Shown: one piece after another, positions 34,234 through 43,966 of the stretch
How positions within the stretch are numbered: the stretch's first letter is position 1
How the letters are laid out: each line of letters opens with the position of its first letter
Assembly (NCBI GenBank): GCA_036505795.1
Contig: DASXSU010000049.1
Location: 3,980 to 67,979, forward strand
Direction of reading: 5' to 3'
Source of the DNA: Nitrospirales bacterium
GTDB taxonomy: Bacteria; Nitrospirota; Nitrospiria; Nitrospirales; NS-4
DNA length: 64,000 nt
Made by a program: the position numbers and the translations under genes
The notes under the pieces: model-generated
Told to the model about the DNA's origin: nothing
The model's input: only the letters and a program-made list of their open reading frames with translations
The model's database searches: none

Positions 34234-37020
34234 TTAGAGATAAGCCTTCAGCGCCTGGCCGGTGTAAGAGGCGCGCTCCACCATCACGGCCTCCGGCGTG
34301 CCCATCGCGACCACCTCCCCACCCATCTCGCCTGCTTCCGGTCCGAGATCAATGACCCAATCGGCCGTTTTGACGACATCCAGGTTATGCTCCACCACAA
34401 GAACCGTATGCCCCGCGTCCACTAGCCGGTTCAGTACAGCCAGTAGTTTCTTTACGTCGTCGAGGTGGAGTCCGGTGGTCGGCTCATCCATGATGTACAA
34501 GAGGCGCTGCTTTGTCTTTCGGCCGGCCGGAAGATGCACCAGCTCGCCGGCGATCTTCAATCGTTGCGCTTCGCCACCTGACAAGGTTGTGGCCGGTTGT
34601 CCTAACCGCAAATAACCCAGCCCGATGGAGGAAAGTATGCGCAGCTTGGCGCTCAATGAATGGCTGTCCGAGAAGAACTGCTGCGCCTCGGAAACGGTCA
34701 GGTTTAGGACGTCATAAATCGACAACCCTCGATACTTCACCGTCAAGACCTGTAATTTAAAGCGACGGCCTTGACAGGTCTCGCAGGTCACATACATGTC
34801 TTCAAAGAAGTACATCTCCATTTTCTGAAGCCCTGTGCCCTGGCACACTTCGCACCGGCCTCCGGTCGTATTGAAGGAGAAATCCCCCGCGGTGAGGCCG
34901 GCCCCGCGCGCGTCGGGGAGCGCGGCGTAAAGCCGCCGGACGTCATCGAAAGCTTTGAGGTACGTCACCGGGTTGGAGCGAGGAGTTCGTCCGATGGGCT
35001 CCTGGTCAATGAGCCGAACCCCATCCAGATGCTCGATACCGCGGATGGCGTCGAAGCGGCCCATCGGAAGGTTTTCGACCCGAAAGGCGCGCGCAAGGGC
35101 GCGATATAAGGTGTCCTGGACCAGTGTGCTCTTGCCGGAACCGGAGACTCCCGTCACGCAAGTCAGCGTGCCAAGGGGGATCCGGACATTGATGTTTTTG
35201 AGATTGTGCTCCTGGGCGCCGACGAGCATCAGTGATTTGCCGGTCCCTGAACGGCGCCTACGAGGCGGCGGAATAGTCTCCTCTCCCCGAAGATACCGGG
35301 CCGTCAGCGACCGCGAGTCCGCCAGGAACTCAGGAAATCGCGCGGCTGCGACGACTTCGCCGCCCTTCTCGCCCGCCGCGGGCCCCATTTCAACCACGAA
35401 ATCGGCAGATTCAATCATGGTGCGGTCATGCTCGACGATGAGGACGGTGTTTCCTCCCTTTGCCAGATCGGCCAGGATTGCGGCGAGCCGCTGTGTGTCA
35501 CGTGCATGCAAGCCGATCGTGGGTTCATCCAGGACATACAACGTTCCGGTGAGGTGCGATCCTAGTTGGGTCGCGAGGCTGATGCGCTGTGCTTCGCCCC
35601 CTGAGAGTGTCCGTGTCAGCCGAGAGAGGGTCAGATAGCTGAGACCGACCCGCGTGAGGAAGCCGAGCTTGGCTTGCAACATCTTCAAAATGTCTTTGGC
35701 GATGTCCTGCTCAAAGGGCGAAAGAGCCAGGGCCTGAAGCCATTCATGTAGCTCGGTGATCGTCATGTCCGAGACTTCCGAAATCGAGAGGTTGCCGACC
35801 CGCACAGCCACTGCCTGCGGTCGCAATCGGGTGCCCTGGCATGCTTCGCACGCAAAGGGACTGCGATAGCGGCTCAGCATGACCCGCACATGCAGTTTGT
35901 AGCGCTTGCCTTCCAGGTACTTGAAGAAGGCATGGATGCCCTCAGTTTTGCCAGCGCCTTCCCACAGCAGCGTGCGCTCTTCGGAGGTCAGATGCTCATA
36001 CGGCATGGTGACGTCCATCCCGCGGCGCTTAAACGCGAGCAGCATCTCCTTCTGCCACCATTCTGCGGAAGGCTTGGTCCAAGGTTCGATGGCCCCGGCC
36101 GCAAGGCTCTTGTTCTTATGTGGGATAATGAGCTCTTCGTTATATCGCAGGGTGTTGCCGAACCCTTTACAAGTCGGACAAGCGCCGAGCGGATGGTTGA
36201 ACGAAAAGAGCGCGGGCTTCGGTCTTTCAAACACGCGCCCACAGGATTGACAGCCGAACTGTTCAGTGAATCGGCGAAGGCCGACCCCGGCAATGTCCAC
36301 CAAGCAGCACCCGTGGCCTTCGCGGTATGCCGTTTCGACCGCTTCCACTAATCGCGATCGCTCGTCGGCCCGAATCCGTACACGGTCAAGAACGACATGG
36401 ACCTCAGGGCGATCTTTCAACTTCGAGGCGACCTCGTCGACTCCGTTGTGCGTGAGATCCAGCACGTCATCATCAAGACGGAGCCGCCCAAACCCGCGGC
36501 GCACTAAATCTTGCAGCCGGAGCTGGAGTGTGGACATGGAGTCGACCGGGAGCGCGAACAAGATGATAGCGCGGCCGTCTAGATGTTCTGAAAAGAGCAG
36601 GTCGGCGATATCTCCAGGATGATAGGCGCGAGCTGCCGCTCGGCAGTCGGGGCAAAAGGGCTGGCCGATTTTTGCGTACAACAGCCGCAGCAGATCGGCA
36701 ATTTCGGTGCTCGTCCCGACGGTGGAGCGCGAATTGCGAACCTGATTTTTCTGCTCAATGGCGATGGCCGGGCGGATGTGCTCCAGCCGATCGACCTCCG
36801 GCCGATCGAGCTTCTCGAGGAACATGCGGGCATACGTCGAGAGGGATTCAATGTAGCGCCATTGGCCTTCGGCGAAGATGGTATCGAAGGCGAGCGAAGA
36901 TTTTCCCGACCCTGATACTCCGGTGATCACCGTGACCTGATCATGCGGAATGCGCAGCGAGATGTTTTTGAGGTTGTGCTGCCGCGCGCCGACGATGATG
37001 AGCTCGTTGTGAAAGGCCAT
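34234..37020 (-). CDS. uvrA: excinuclease ABC subunit A
   Basis: Two ABC modules (GVSGSGKSS/GVSGSGKST, LSGGEAQR x2), zinc-finger CxxC pairs, 928 aa. Confidence 0.97.
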   Translation of the reverse strand: MAFHNELIIVGARQHNLKNISLRIPHDQVTVITGVSGSGKSSLAFDTIFAEGQWRYIESLSTYARMFLEKLDRPEVDRLEHIRPAIAIEQKNQVRNSRSTVGTSTEIADLLRLLYAKIGQPFCPDCRAAARAYHPGDIADLLFSEHLDGRAIILFALPVDSMSTLQLRLQDLVRRGFGRLRLDDDVLDLTHNGVDEVASKLKDRPEVHVVLDRVRIRADERSRLVEAVETAYREGHGCCLVDIAGVGLRRFTEQFGCQSCGRVFERPKPALFSFNHPLGACPTCKGFGNTLRYNEELIIPHKNKSLAAGAIEPWTKPSAEWWQKEMLLAFKRRGMDVTMPYEHLTSEERTLLWEGAGKTEGIHAFFKYLEGKRYKLHVRVMLSRYRSPFACEACQGTRLRPQAVAVRVGNLSISEVSDMTITELHEWLQALALSPFEQDIAKDILKMLQAKLGFLTRVGLSYLTLSRLTRTLSGGEAQRISLATQLGSHLTGTLYVLDEPTIGLHARDTQRLAAILADLAKGGNTVLIVEHDRTMIESADFVVEMGPAAGEKGGEVVAAARFPEFLADSRSLTARYLRGEETIPPPRRRRSGTGKSLMLVGAQEHNLKNINVRIPLGTLTCVTGVSGSGKSTLVQDTLYRALARAFRVENLPMGRFDAIRGIEHLDGVRLIDQEPIGRTPRSNPVTYLKAFDDVRRLYAALPDARGAGLTAGDFSFNTTGGRCEVCQGTGLQKMEMYFFEDMYVTCETCQGRRFKLQVLTVKYRGLSIYDVLNLTVSEAQQFFSDSHSLSAKLRILSSIGLGYLRLGQPATTLSGGEAQRLKIAGELVHLPAGRKTKQRLLYIMDEPTTGLHLDDVKKLLAVLNRLVDAGHTVLVVEHNLDVVKTADWVIDLGPEAGEMGGEVVAMGTPEAVMVERASYTGQALKAYL

Positions 37021-37206
37021 GGTTTTCTTCAGAAGATCTCAAAGAAATTCCGAATCCGACGATCATAGCATAGTTTCTTTCTCTCGGCCCGGGAGGAAGG
37101 AATCGTCCCTCCGCGTGATGCGTATCGTCCCCAAAGCCATCCATTTGAATTACATTAAAAATTAGTAGTAAAAGGAAGACAGGCTGAGCAAATTCTCAAA
37201 GCGTAC

Positions 37207-38589
37207 GTGGTTTTTACGACAATGATGGAAAAATTTCTGGAAAAAATCTTTAAAACGCCTGCTGTGGTTCTGCATAAGACTATGGACGCGTCCAATGGGG
37301 TGCTTAGAAAAGTTACGAACCAAAAGCCGGTCAAGAACGCGCGCGCATACTGGAAGATCTTAGGACCTGGATTAACGACGGGAGCGGCCGATGACGACCC
37401 CTCCGGTATTGCGACCTACTCACAAGCGGGCGCTCAGACCGGGTTTCAGCTGCTCTGGTTGGCTGGATTTACTTTTCCGTTGATGGCGGTGGTGCAGGAG
37501 ATGTCCGCGAGAATTGGTCTGATGACGGGCCGTGGCTTAGCTGCCAACATTCGAGAGCATTATCCGAAATGGGCGCTGTATAGCTGTACAGCGCTTTTGT
37601 TCATGGCCAATACGTTCAATATCGGCGCAGATCTGGGGGCCATGGCTCAAGCGACCCAACTTGTCATCCCCAGAGCCGGTTTCAGTTTCCTGGTGATAGG
37701 ATTCGCCGCCTTCAGTTTAATGATGCAAATCTTCACGACGTACAAGCAATATGCCCGGTATCTTAAGTGGCTGACGTTAACCCTCCTGGCTTATGTCTTC
37801 ACGGCCTTCACGATCCATCTCGATTGGAAAGAAGTGCTGCACTATAGCGTGATCCCCTCATTCGCCATGTCTAAAGAACAGATTTTCCTGATCACCGCAG
37901 TGCTGGGCACGACGATCTCACCATACCTGTTTTTCTGGCAAGCCTCTCAAGAGGTGGAAGAAAAATTATCCAACGCCAAAACAACTGAAGTCTCGAGATC
38001 GAAGTCCCTGAACAAGGAAATCACGCATATGAGAATAGACGTGTGGTCGGGAATGTTTTTTTCCAACGCGGTGATGTTTTTCATTATCGCCGTGTGCGGC
38101 GCGACCCTGTTTGCCCAGGGTGTCACTAATATCTCCACCGCAGCCGATGCCGCCGCAGCGTTACGGCCACTCGCAGGCGATGGGGCTTTTTTATTGTTCG
38201 CTATCGGAATTATTGGAACAGGATTGCTCGCAATTCCGATTTTGGCGGGGTCGGTGTCGTATGCGTTCGCTGAGAGTTTTAAATGGCAGTCAGGATTGGA
38301 TCGTAAGCTCAGCGAAGCCTATCCATTCTATGGCGTCATTATCGTTTCGATGATTCTTGGCCTCTTGATGCAGTTTATCGAAATCAATCCTATGCGGGCG
38401 CTACTGTACTCTGCGGTCGCGAATGCGATAGTCGCGCCTGTCGTCTTAATTTTCATTGTGCTCATCAGTAGCAGTAAAGCCATCATGGGCAATAATGCCA
38501 ACAGCACTTTGGCGACATTCGCAGGTTGGGTCGTTACGGGCATTATGGTCGTATCAGGAATTGCAACCCTTATCTCGCTCGCGATGTGA
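37207..38589 (+). CDS. Nramp-family divalent metal transporter
   Basis: GPGLTTGAADDDPSGIATYSQAGA (the Nramp DPGN-region equivalent), about 11 TM. ATG at 37222 is a possible alternative start. Visibly lower GC than its neighbours. Confidence 0.85.
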   Translation: MVFTTMMEKFLEKIFKTPAVVLHKTMDASNGVLRKVTNQKPVKNARAYWKILGPGLTTGAADDDPSGIATYSQAGAQTGFQLLWLAGFTFPLMAVVQEMSARIGLMTGRGLAANIREHYPKWALYSCTALLFMANTFNIGADLGAMAQATQLVIPRAGFSFLVIGFAAFSLMMQIFTTYKQYARYLKWLTLTLLAYVFTAFTIHLDWKEVLHYSVIPSFAMSKEQIFLITAVLGTTISPYLFFWQASQEVEEKLSNAKTTEVSRSKSLNKEITHMRIDVWSGMFFSNAVMFFIIAVCGATLFAQGVTNISTAADAAAALRPLAGDGAFLLFAIGIIGTGLLAIPILAGSVSYAFAESFKWQSGLDRKLSEAYPFYGVIIVSMILGLLMQFIEINPMRALLYSAVANAIVAPVVLIFIVLISSSKAIMGNNANSTLATFAGWVVTGIMVVSGIATLISLAM

Positions 38590-38751
38590 GGTGAGGGGAT
38601 ACCCCTTTCTCTCGGAGTGGGTTCTGTCGCCGGATGCATCACTTTAGGGGGCGCCGCTGGCCTAAAGAGTTTTGGCTGAGGGGTTGGGATGTCACATAAT
38701 CCATGCACCAGAGAGGACCGACACGTTGACCGTGCTCTCAAATAAAAAACG

Positions 38752-40020
38752 ATGATGACTAAAACCGTGAGGCGTTTGCGCTGGCTATTTGCGACCATTC
38801 TCTTGGCCGGCTGCGCCTCGGTCCTTAAGGTACACGAGGTTCCCGAGGTAAGACTTGACCAAGCGGCCTTTTTCCCCACCATTGAGGCGCACACCGACGC
38901 ACCGATCCTCGCGGGCAATCACGTCGACCTCTTACGTAACGGCGATGAAACTTTTCCCGTCATGCTCCGCGAGATTAAGCAGGCGAAATCGACCATAACG
39001 ATGGCGCAGTATCTCTACGAAGACGGCGCTATCGCTCATGAATTCGCAGAGGCCTTTGCGGATCGCTGCCGGGCGGGCGTCAACGTCAATATTCTCCTCG
39101 ATCATCACGGATCACAAAAAGTGCCCTCCGATATTATCTCGAGTATGAAAGATGCCGGGTGTCACGTCGAATACTTTCGTCGGGTGAAAGTGGAGGGAAT
39201 CATTTTTCCATGGAGATTATTGCGCTACAACTATCGAAGCCACCGGCGAATCCTGGTTATCGACGGCCGAGTCGGATTTACCGGTGGGTACGGAATCAGT
39301 GATGCTTGGACTGGAAATGGGCGCACGCCGGAACATTGGCGTGATACCAATGCGCGAATCGAAGGGCCGGCGGTCAAATTTCTGCAAGGCGGCTTTGCGG
39401 AGAGCTGGCTTGAGGCAACCGGCATTGTGATCGGGGGAAAGAGCTTTTTTCCGCCTCTTGAAGCGCGCGGCGACGTGCCGGCGCAAATCGTCAAGAGTTC
39501 CCCGACAGGCGGCAGCTTTCAAAGTTACATGCTGTTCCTGCTCTCGATCGGCTCGGCCAAAAAATCGATTGTCATTACAAACCCATACTTCATCCCTGAC
39601 AAGGTGATGACTGAGGCTTTGGTGAAGGCGGCTGCGCGCGGCGTGCGGGTCATGGTGTTGGTACCCGGCAAGGTAGACAGCCAGATAACGTATGTGACGA
39701 GCCGCAGCCACTATGGTCCGCTGCTCCTGGGAGGCGTTCAGATTTTTGAGTATCAGGTGTGCCTGTTGCACGCCAAAACCATGGTGGTGGACGGCGTGTG
39801 GGCGACGCTCGGCAGCACGAACTTCGACAATCGCTCCTTTGCCTTGAACCAGGAAGTGAACCTCACGGTCTACGATCGCGCTCTGGCGACTCGCCTCCAA
39901 GAAATCTTCCATGAAGATTTAAAATATGCCAAGCAGATAAGTTATGAAGAGTGGGAGTCGCGGGGAATCTATGAACGACTGGTCGACCTCTTCACCTTTC
40001 CCGTGAAAGACCAGCTGTAA
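38752..40020 (+). CDS. phospholipase-D-family cardiolipin synthase-like protein
   Basis: Lipoprotein-like N-terminus (LLAGC). Two HKD-type motifs, HRRILVIDG...GG.GISD and LHAKTMVVDG...GSTNFDNRS. Confidence 0.85.
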   Translation: MMTKTVRRLRWLFATILLAGCASVLKVHEVPEVRLDQAAFFPTIEAHTDAPILAGNHVDLLRNGDETFPVMLREIKQAKSTITMAQYLYEDGAIAHEFAEAFADRCRAGVNVNILLDHHGSQKVPSDIISSMKDAGCHVEYFRRVKVEGIIFPWRLLRYNYRSHRRILVIDGRVGFTGGYGISDAWTGNGRTPEHWRDTNARIEGPAVKFLQGGFAESWLEATGIVIGGKSFFPPLEARGDVPAQIVKSSPTGGSFQSYMLFLLSIGSAKKSIVITNPYFIPDKVMTEALVKAAARGVRVMVLVPGKVDSQITYVTSRSHYGPLLLGGVQIFEYQVCLLHAKTMVVDGVWATLGSTNFDNRSFALNQEVNLTVYDRALATRLQEIFHEDLKYAKQISYEEWESRGIYERLVDLFTFPVKDQL

Positions 40021-40131
40021 CCGCATCCTGATCTGCCATAGAAGGCGAAAATATCAGGAAAAAGAGGTCCGCGGGACGTTTTTTTAAGGATTTCGCAGTG
40101 AGGATGAATAGTTCAAAGGCCTTGAGAATAT

Positions 40132-40160
40132 TTGACAAGTTGCGCCGTGTGGCTTAAAAT
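40132..40160 (+). promoter_or_regulatory. sigma-70-like promoter for the aminotransferase-hom-thrC... block
   Basis: TTGACA-17 nt-TAAAAT, about 58 nt upstream of the ATG at 40218. Confidence 0.5.
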
Positions 40161-40217
40161 CTGCCTCTCTAGGTGACCTGCCCGGGGTCCCCTCATTTTC
40201 GTGAGCCCACACCAGTC

Positions 40218-41414
40218 ATGAAGCACGATGAAGGATTCTTCCGAATTAATCGGCTGCCTCCCTATGTCTTCAATGAGGTCCAGGCACTGAAGCTCAAGGC
40301 TCGTCAGGCCGGCGAGGACATTATCGACTTCGGCATGGGGAACCCCGATAGCCCGTCTCCGCCGCATGTCGTCGACAAGCTGATCGAGGCCGCGAAAAAC
40401 CCGAAGAACCACCGATATTCCGCGTCGCGTGGGATCACCAAGCTTCGCCACGCGATTTGCGCGTGGTACCAGCGCAACTACAATGTGAATCTTGACCCTG
40501 AGACGGAAGCCATCGTCACGATGGGATCGAAGGAAGGCTTAGCCCATTTGGCATTGGCCATGGTCGCTCCGGGAGATGTGGTTCTTACCCCCACGCCAAG
40601 CTATCCCATTCATCCTTACAGCATCATCATCGCGGGGGGTGAGGTCCGGGGGTTTCCGTTGCGGCAGGATAGCGACTTCTTTGAGGATATGCTCACTGCC
40701 TTTCGCCAGACCTTGCCTCGACCAAAGATTTTGATCCTCAGCTTTCCCCATAACCCGACCACCGCCGTTGTGGACCTGGATTTCTTTAAGAAAGTCGTCG
40801 TGTTTGCTAAAGAGAACGATCTGTATGTGGTCCACGATCTGGCCTATGCCGACATTGTGTTCGATGGGTACAAAGCGCCCAGTTTCATGCAGGTCCCCGG
40901 CGCCAAGGATATCGGCGTGGAGTTTTTCACCCTGTCCAAGAGCTACAACATGCCGGGTTGGAGGGTCGGCTTCATGGTCGGCAATCCCAAGATGGTGGGC
41001 GCCTTGCAGAAGATTAAAAGTTATCTCGACTACGGCATTTTCCAGCCGATTCAAATCGCCGGCATCATCGCGTTGAACGGACCACAGGACTGCGTGCGCG
41101 AGACTGTTGCCATGTATCGGAACCGGCGGGACGCACTCGTCGACGGCCTGAACCGCATTGGATGGAAAGTGGAGAAACCTTTAGCCACAATGTTTGTGTG
41201 GGCGCGCATTCCCGAGGCCTACCGGCAAATGGGGTCGCTGGACTTCTCGAAGCTTCTGCTTCGTGAAGCCAAGGTTGCGGTTTCGCCCGGCATCGGTTTT
41301 GGTGAGGGCGGTGATGACCATGTTCGATTCGGGTTGGTTGAGAATGAGCATCGGACTCGACAGGCGATTCGCGGGATCAAAAAGGCCCTCAAGCTGTCCG
41401 AAGGCCTGGATTAG
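40218..41414 (+). CDS. class I/II PLP-dependent aminotransferase
   Basis: [23 protein letters not shown] (PLP-Lys context). Specificity is not assignable by eye. Confidence 0.85.
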   Translation: MKHDEGFFRINRLPPYVFNEVQALKLKARQAGEDIIDFGMGNPDSPSPPHVVDKLIEAAKNPKNHRYSASRGITKLRHAICAWYQRNYNVNLDPETEAIVTMGSKEGLAHLALAMVAPGDVVLTPTPSYPIHPYSIIIAGGEVRGFPLRQDSDFFEDMLTAFRQTLPRPKILILSFPHNPTTAVVDLDFFKKVVVFAKENDLYVVHDLAYADIVFDGYKAPSFMQVPGAKDIGVEFFTLSKSYNMPGWRVGFMVGNPKMVGALQKIKSYLDYGIFQPIQIAGIIALNGPQDCVRETVAMYRNRRDALVDGLNRIGWKVEKPLATMFVWARIPEAYRQMGSLDFSKLLLREAKVAVSPGIGFGEGGDDHVRFGLVENEHRTRQAIRGIKKALKLSEGLD

Positions 41415-41430
41415 AGGGATACAGCCGCCC

Positions 41431-42756
41431 GTGAAGAACCACATCGCAGTTGGGTTGATCGGCTATGGCACCGTCGGCAGCGGAGTGGCAAAAATCCTCA
41501 CGACCAACGCAGGAGACATCCGCCGCCGCCTCGGGATTCCTCTCGAGTTAAGAAAGGTCGCTGATCTGAACATCATCAGCGATCGCGGTGTTAGCCTTCC
41601 GCCCGACATCTTGACGACCGACGCGCGGCAAATCTTTGATGATCCCGAAATCGATATCGTGATCGAATTGATCGGAGGGGATGACCCGGCGAAGCGCTTC
41701 CTGCTGGAAGCCATGGCCAAGGGCAAGCATGTTGTCACCGCCAATAAGGCCCTGCTGGCCGTCCATGGGGAGGAACTCTTCCAGGCAGCCGTACGAAATG
41801 GGGTGGATATTGGTTTTGAGGCGAGCGTGTGCGGCGGTATTCCCATCCTGCGTTCCCTCACAGAAGGCTTAGCAGCCAATCGCGTGCGAAGTCTCTATGG
41901 GATCGTGAATGGTACCTCGAACCATATTCTCACTCGTATGACCAACGCCGGACAGTCGTTTGCGACGGTGCTCGCAGAGGCGCAAAAGGCCGGTTACGCG
42001 GAGGCCGATCCAACTTTTGACGTCGCCGGCATCGATGCGGCCCATAAACTTGCGATCCTCGTAAACTTAGCCTTCGGATGCCCCGTCAATTTTAAGGAGT
42101 TATATGTCGAGGGGATTACAGGCATCACGCCCATGGATATCGAGTACGCCACGGAGTTCGGCTACACGATTAAATTGCTGGCCATCGCGAAGCTCCAAGA
42201 GTCCAAAGACGGGAAAGAAGTCGAAGCGCGGGTGCATCCGACGATGATCGCGAATGATTCTCCTCTTGCCCGGGTGGGCGGCGTGTACAACGCTATTCAG
42301 GTGACCGGGGATGCAGTGGGCGACATCATGCTGTACGGACGGGGCGCCGGGTCGATGCCGACGGCCAGCGCGGTGGTCAGCGACGTGATCGACATCTCCC
42401 GGAACATTCGCAAAGGCGCCAGCGGTCGTGTCCCCCCTACCGGGTTTCAACCCGATCAGAGGCGGCCGCTGCCTATCCGGGCGATTGAAAACATCACCGG
42501 CCTGTATTACTTACGTTTTATGGTCTTGGATCGTCCCGGAGTCCTGTCGCAACTGTCGGGCATCTTGGGCAAGCACGATATCAGTATTTCGTCGGTGTTG
42601 CAGCGTGGGCGGAAGGACGGGCAGACGGTCCCGGTCGTGGTGACCACGCATATGGCGGTGGAACGAAATATCCGTGCCTCGCTCCGCGAGATCGACGCCC
42701 TGCCGGCGGTTTCGTCGCCCACAACAGTCATCCGGATCGAAGGAGAGGACCACTAA
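41431..42756 (+). CDS. hom: homoserine dehydrogenase
   Basis: The GTG at 41431 gives VKNHIAVGLIGYGTVGSG (NAD-binding). C-terminal ACT domain (YYLRFMVLDRPGVLS). The track ORF extension overlaps the upstream gene. Confidence 0.92.
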   Translation: MKNHIAVGLIGYGTVGSGVAKILTTNAGDIRRRLGIPLELRKVADLNIISDRGVSLPPDILTTDARQIFDDPEIDIVIELIGGDDPAKRFLLEAMAKGKHVVTANKALLAVHGEELFQAAVRNGVDIGFEASVCGGIPILRSLTEGLAANRVRSLYGIVNGTSNHILTRMTNAGQSFATVLAEAQKAGYAEADPTFDVAGIDAAHKLAILVNLAFGCPVNFKELYVEGITGITPMDIEYATEFGYTIKLLAIAKLQESKDGKEVEARVHPTMIANDSPLARVGGVYNAIQVTGDAVGDIMLYGRGAGSMPTASAVVSDVIDISRNIRKGASGRVPPTGFQPDQRRPLPIRAIENITGLYYLRFMVLDRPGVLSQLSGILGKHDISISSVLQRGRKDGQTVPVVVTTHMAVERNIRASLREIDALPAVSSPTTVIRIEGEDH

Positions 42757-42758
42757 GG

Positions 42759-43814
42759 ATGGCGTGGCGCGGCATCATTGAACAGTATCGGTCGTTCTTG
42801 CCGGTGACGGCGAGCACGCCCATCGTGACGCTCGGCGAGGGCAATACGCCGTTTGTGCGGGCGCCGCGTCTCGCCGAGGCTATCGCCCCGAACATCGAAC
42901 TCTATCTGAAGTTCGAAGGCGCCAATCCGACCGGCTCCTTTAAAGATCGAGGCATGACTCTCGCCATTTCCAAGGCAGTGGAGGAGGGGGCACGAGCGGT
43001 GATCTGCGCATCGACGGGCAACACATCAGCGGCGGCAGCGGCGTATGGCGGGCGGGCCGGGCTCCAGGTCTTTGTGCTGATTCCTGAAGGGAAGATTGCG
43101 CTCGGCAAACTGGCCCAAGCGATGATGCATCGCGCAACCGTCTTACAGGTGGAAGGAAATTTCGATCAGGCGTTGACGATCGTCAAGGAGATCTCCACAA
43201 AATACGGGATCATTCTTGTCAATTCGGTGAACCCTTATCGGCTTGAAGGACAAAAAACCGCTGCCTTCGAGGTGTGCGAACAGTTCGGCGACGCGCCGAT
43301 CTACCACTTTCTCCCGGTCGGGAATGCAGGTAATATCACCGCCTATTGGCGCGGCTATCAGGAATATTATCGCCAGTCGCGGTGCAGTCGTTTGCCCCGG
43401 ATGTTTGGATTTCAAGCGGCGGGGGCAGCGCCCATTGTACTGGGACATATCGTCGAGAAGCCGAAGACGATCGCGACCGCTATCCGGATCGGTAATCCGG
43501 CAAGTTGGGCGCAGGCCGTCAAAGCGGTACAGGAGTCAAACGGCAAGATCGACCTCGTGACCGATGAAGAGATCGTTGAAGCGTACCGTATGGTGGCCGC
43601 GCTCGAGGGGATCTTTTGCGAGCCTGCCTCCGCTGCCTCGGTCGCCGGCGTGCTTAAAATGCACAAGGCCGGTCTGTTCAAAGACGGAGAAACAGCCGTG
43701 TGCACCTTGACCGGGCACGGGTTGAAGGATGTCGACATTGCCATTTCGGTCTCGCAGAAGCCGGTGACCATCCAGGCAAAAATGGATGACGTGGTCAGAG
43801 TCCTGGGGTACTGA
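42759..43814 (+). CDS. thrC: threonine synthase
   Basis: NPTGSFKDRGM PLP-lysine motif, about 350 aa. Confidence 0.93.
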   Translation: MAWRGIIEQYRSFLPVTASTPIVTLGEGNTPFVRAPRLAEAIAPNIELYLKFEGANPTGSFKDRGMTLAISKAVEEGARAVICASTGNTSAAAAAYGGRAGLQVFVLIPEGKIALGKLAQAMMHRATVLQVEGNFDQALTIVKEISTKYGIILVNSVNPYRLEGQKTAAFEVCEQFGDAPIYHFLPVGNAGNITAYWRGYQEYYRQSRCSRLPRMFGFQAAGAAPIVLGHIVEKPKTIATAIRIGNPASWAQAVKAVQESNGKIDLVTDEEIVEAYRMVAALEGIFCEPASAASVAGVLKMHKAGLFKDGETAVCTLTGHGLKDVDIAISVSQKPVTIQAKMDDVVRVLGY

Positions 43815-43966
43815 CTGCGGATCAGCCATGAACCTACGGCGACCATCGGTACTTCACCCGCGCGAGCCCATCTCGTCCGAAACACCCTGCGAGTTCCTCC
43901 CTGATTCGCAACGGCATTCATGAATAATTTACGGTGTAGAGCGCGAGGAGGGCGCGAGCGGTCTTT

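Noticed and set aside
37021-37206. A LexA/SOS box for uvrA, or a Mn-responsive riboswitch or MntR box for the Nramp gene, in the divergent spacer.
   Set aside because: No CTGT-N8-ACAG-type or other clear dyad was seen, and no yybP-ykoY-like conserved core. These cannot be called by eye.
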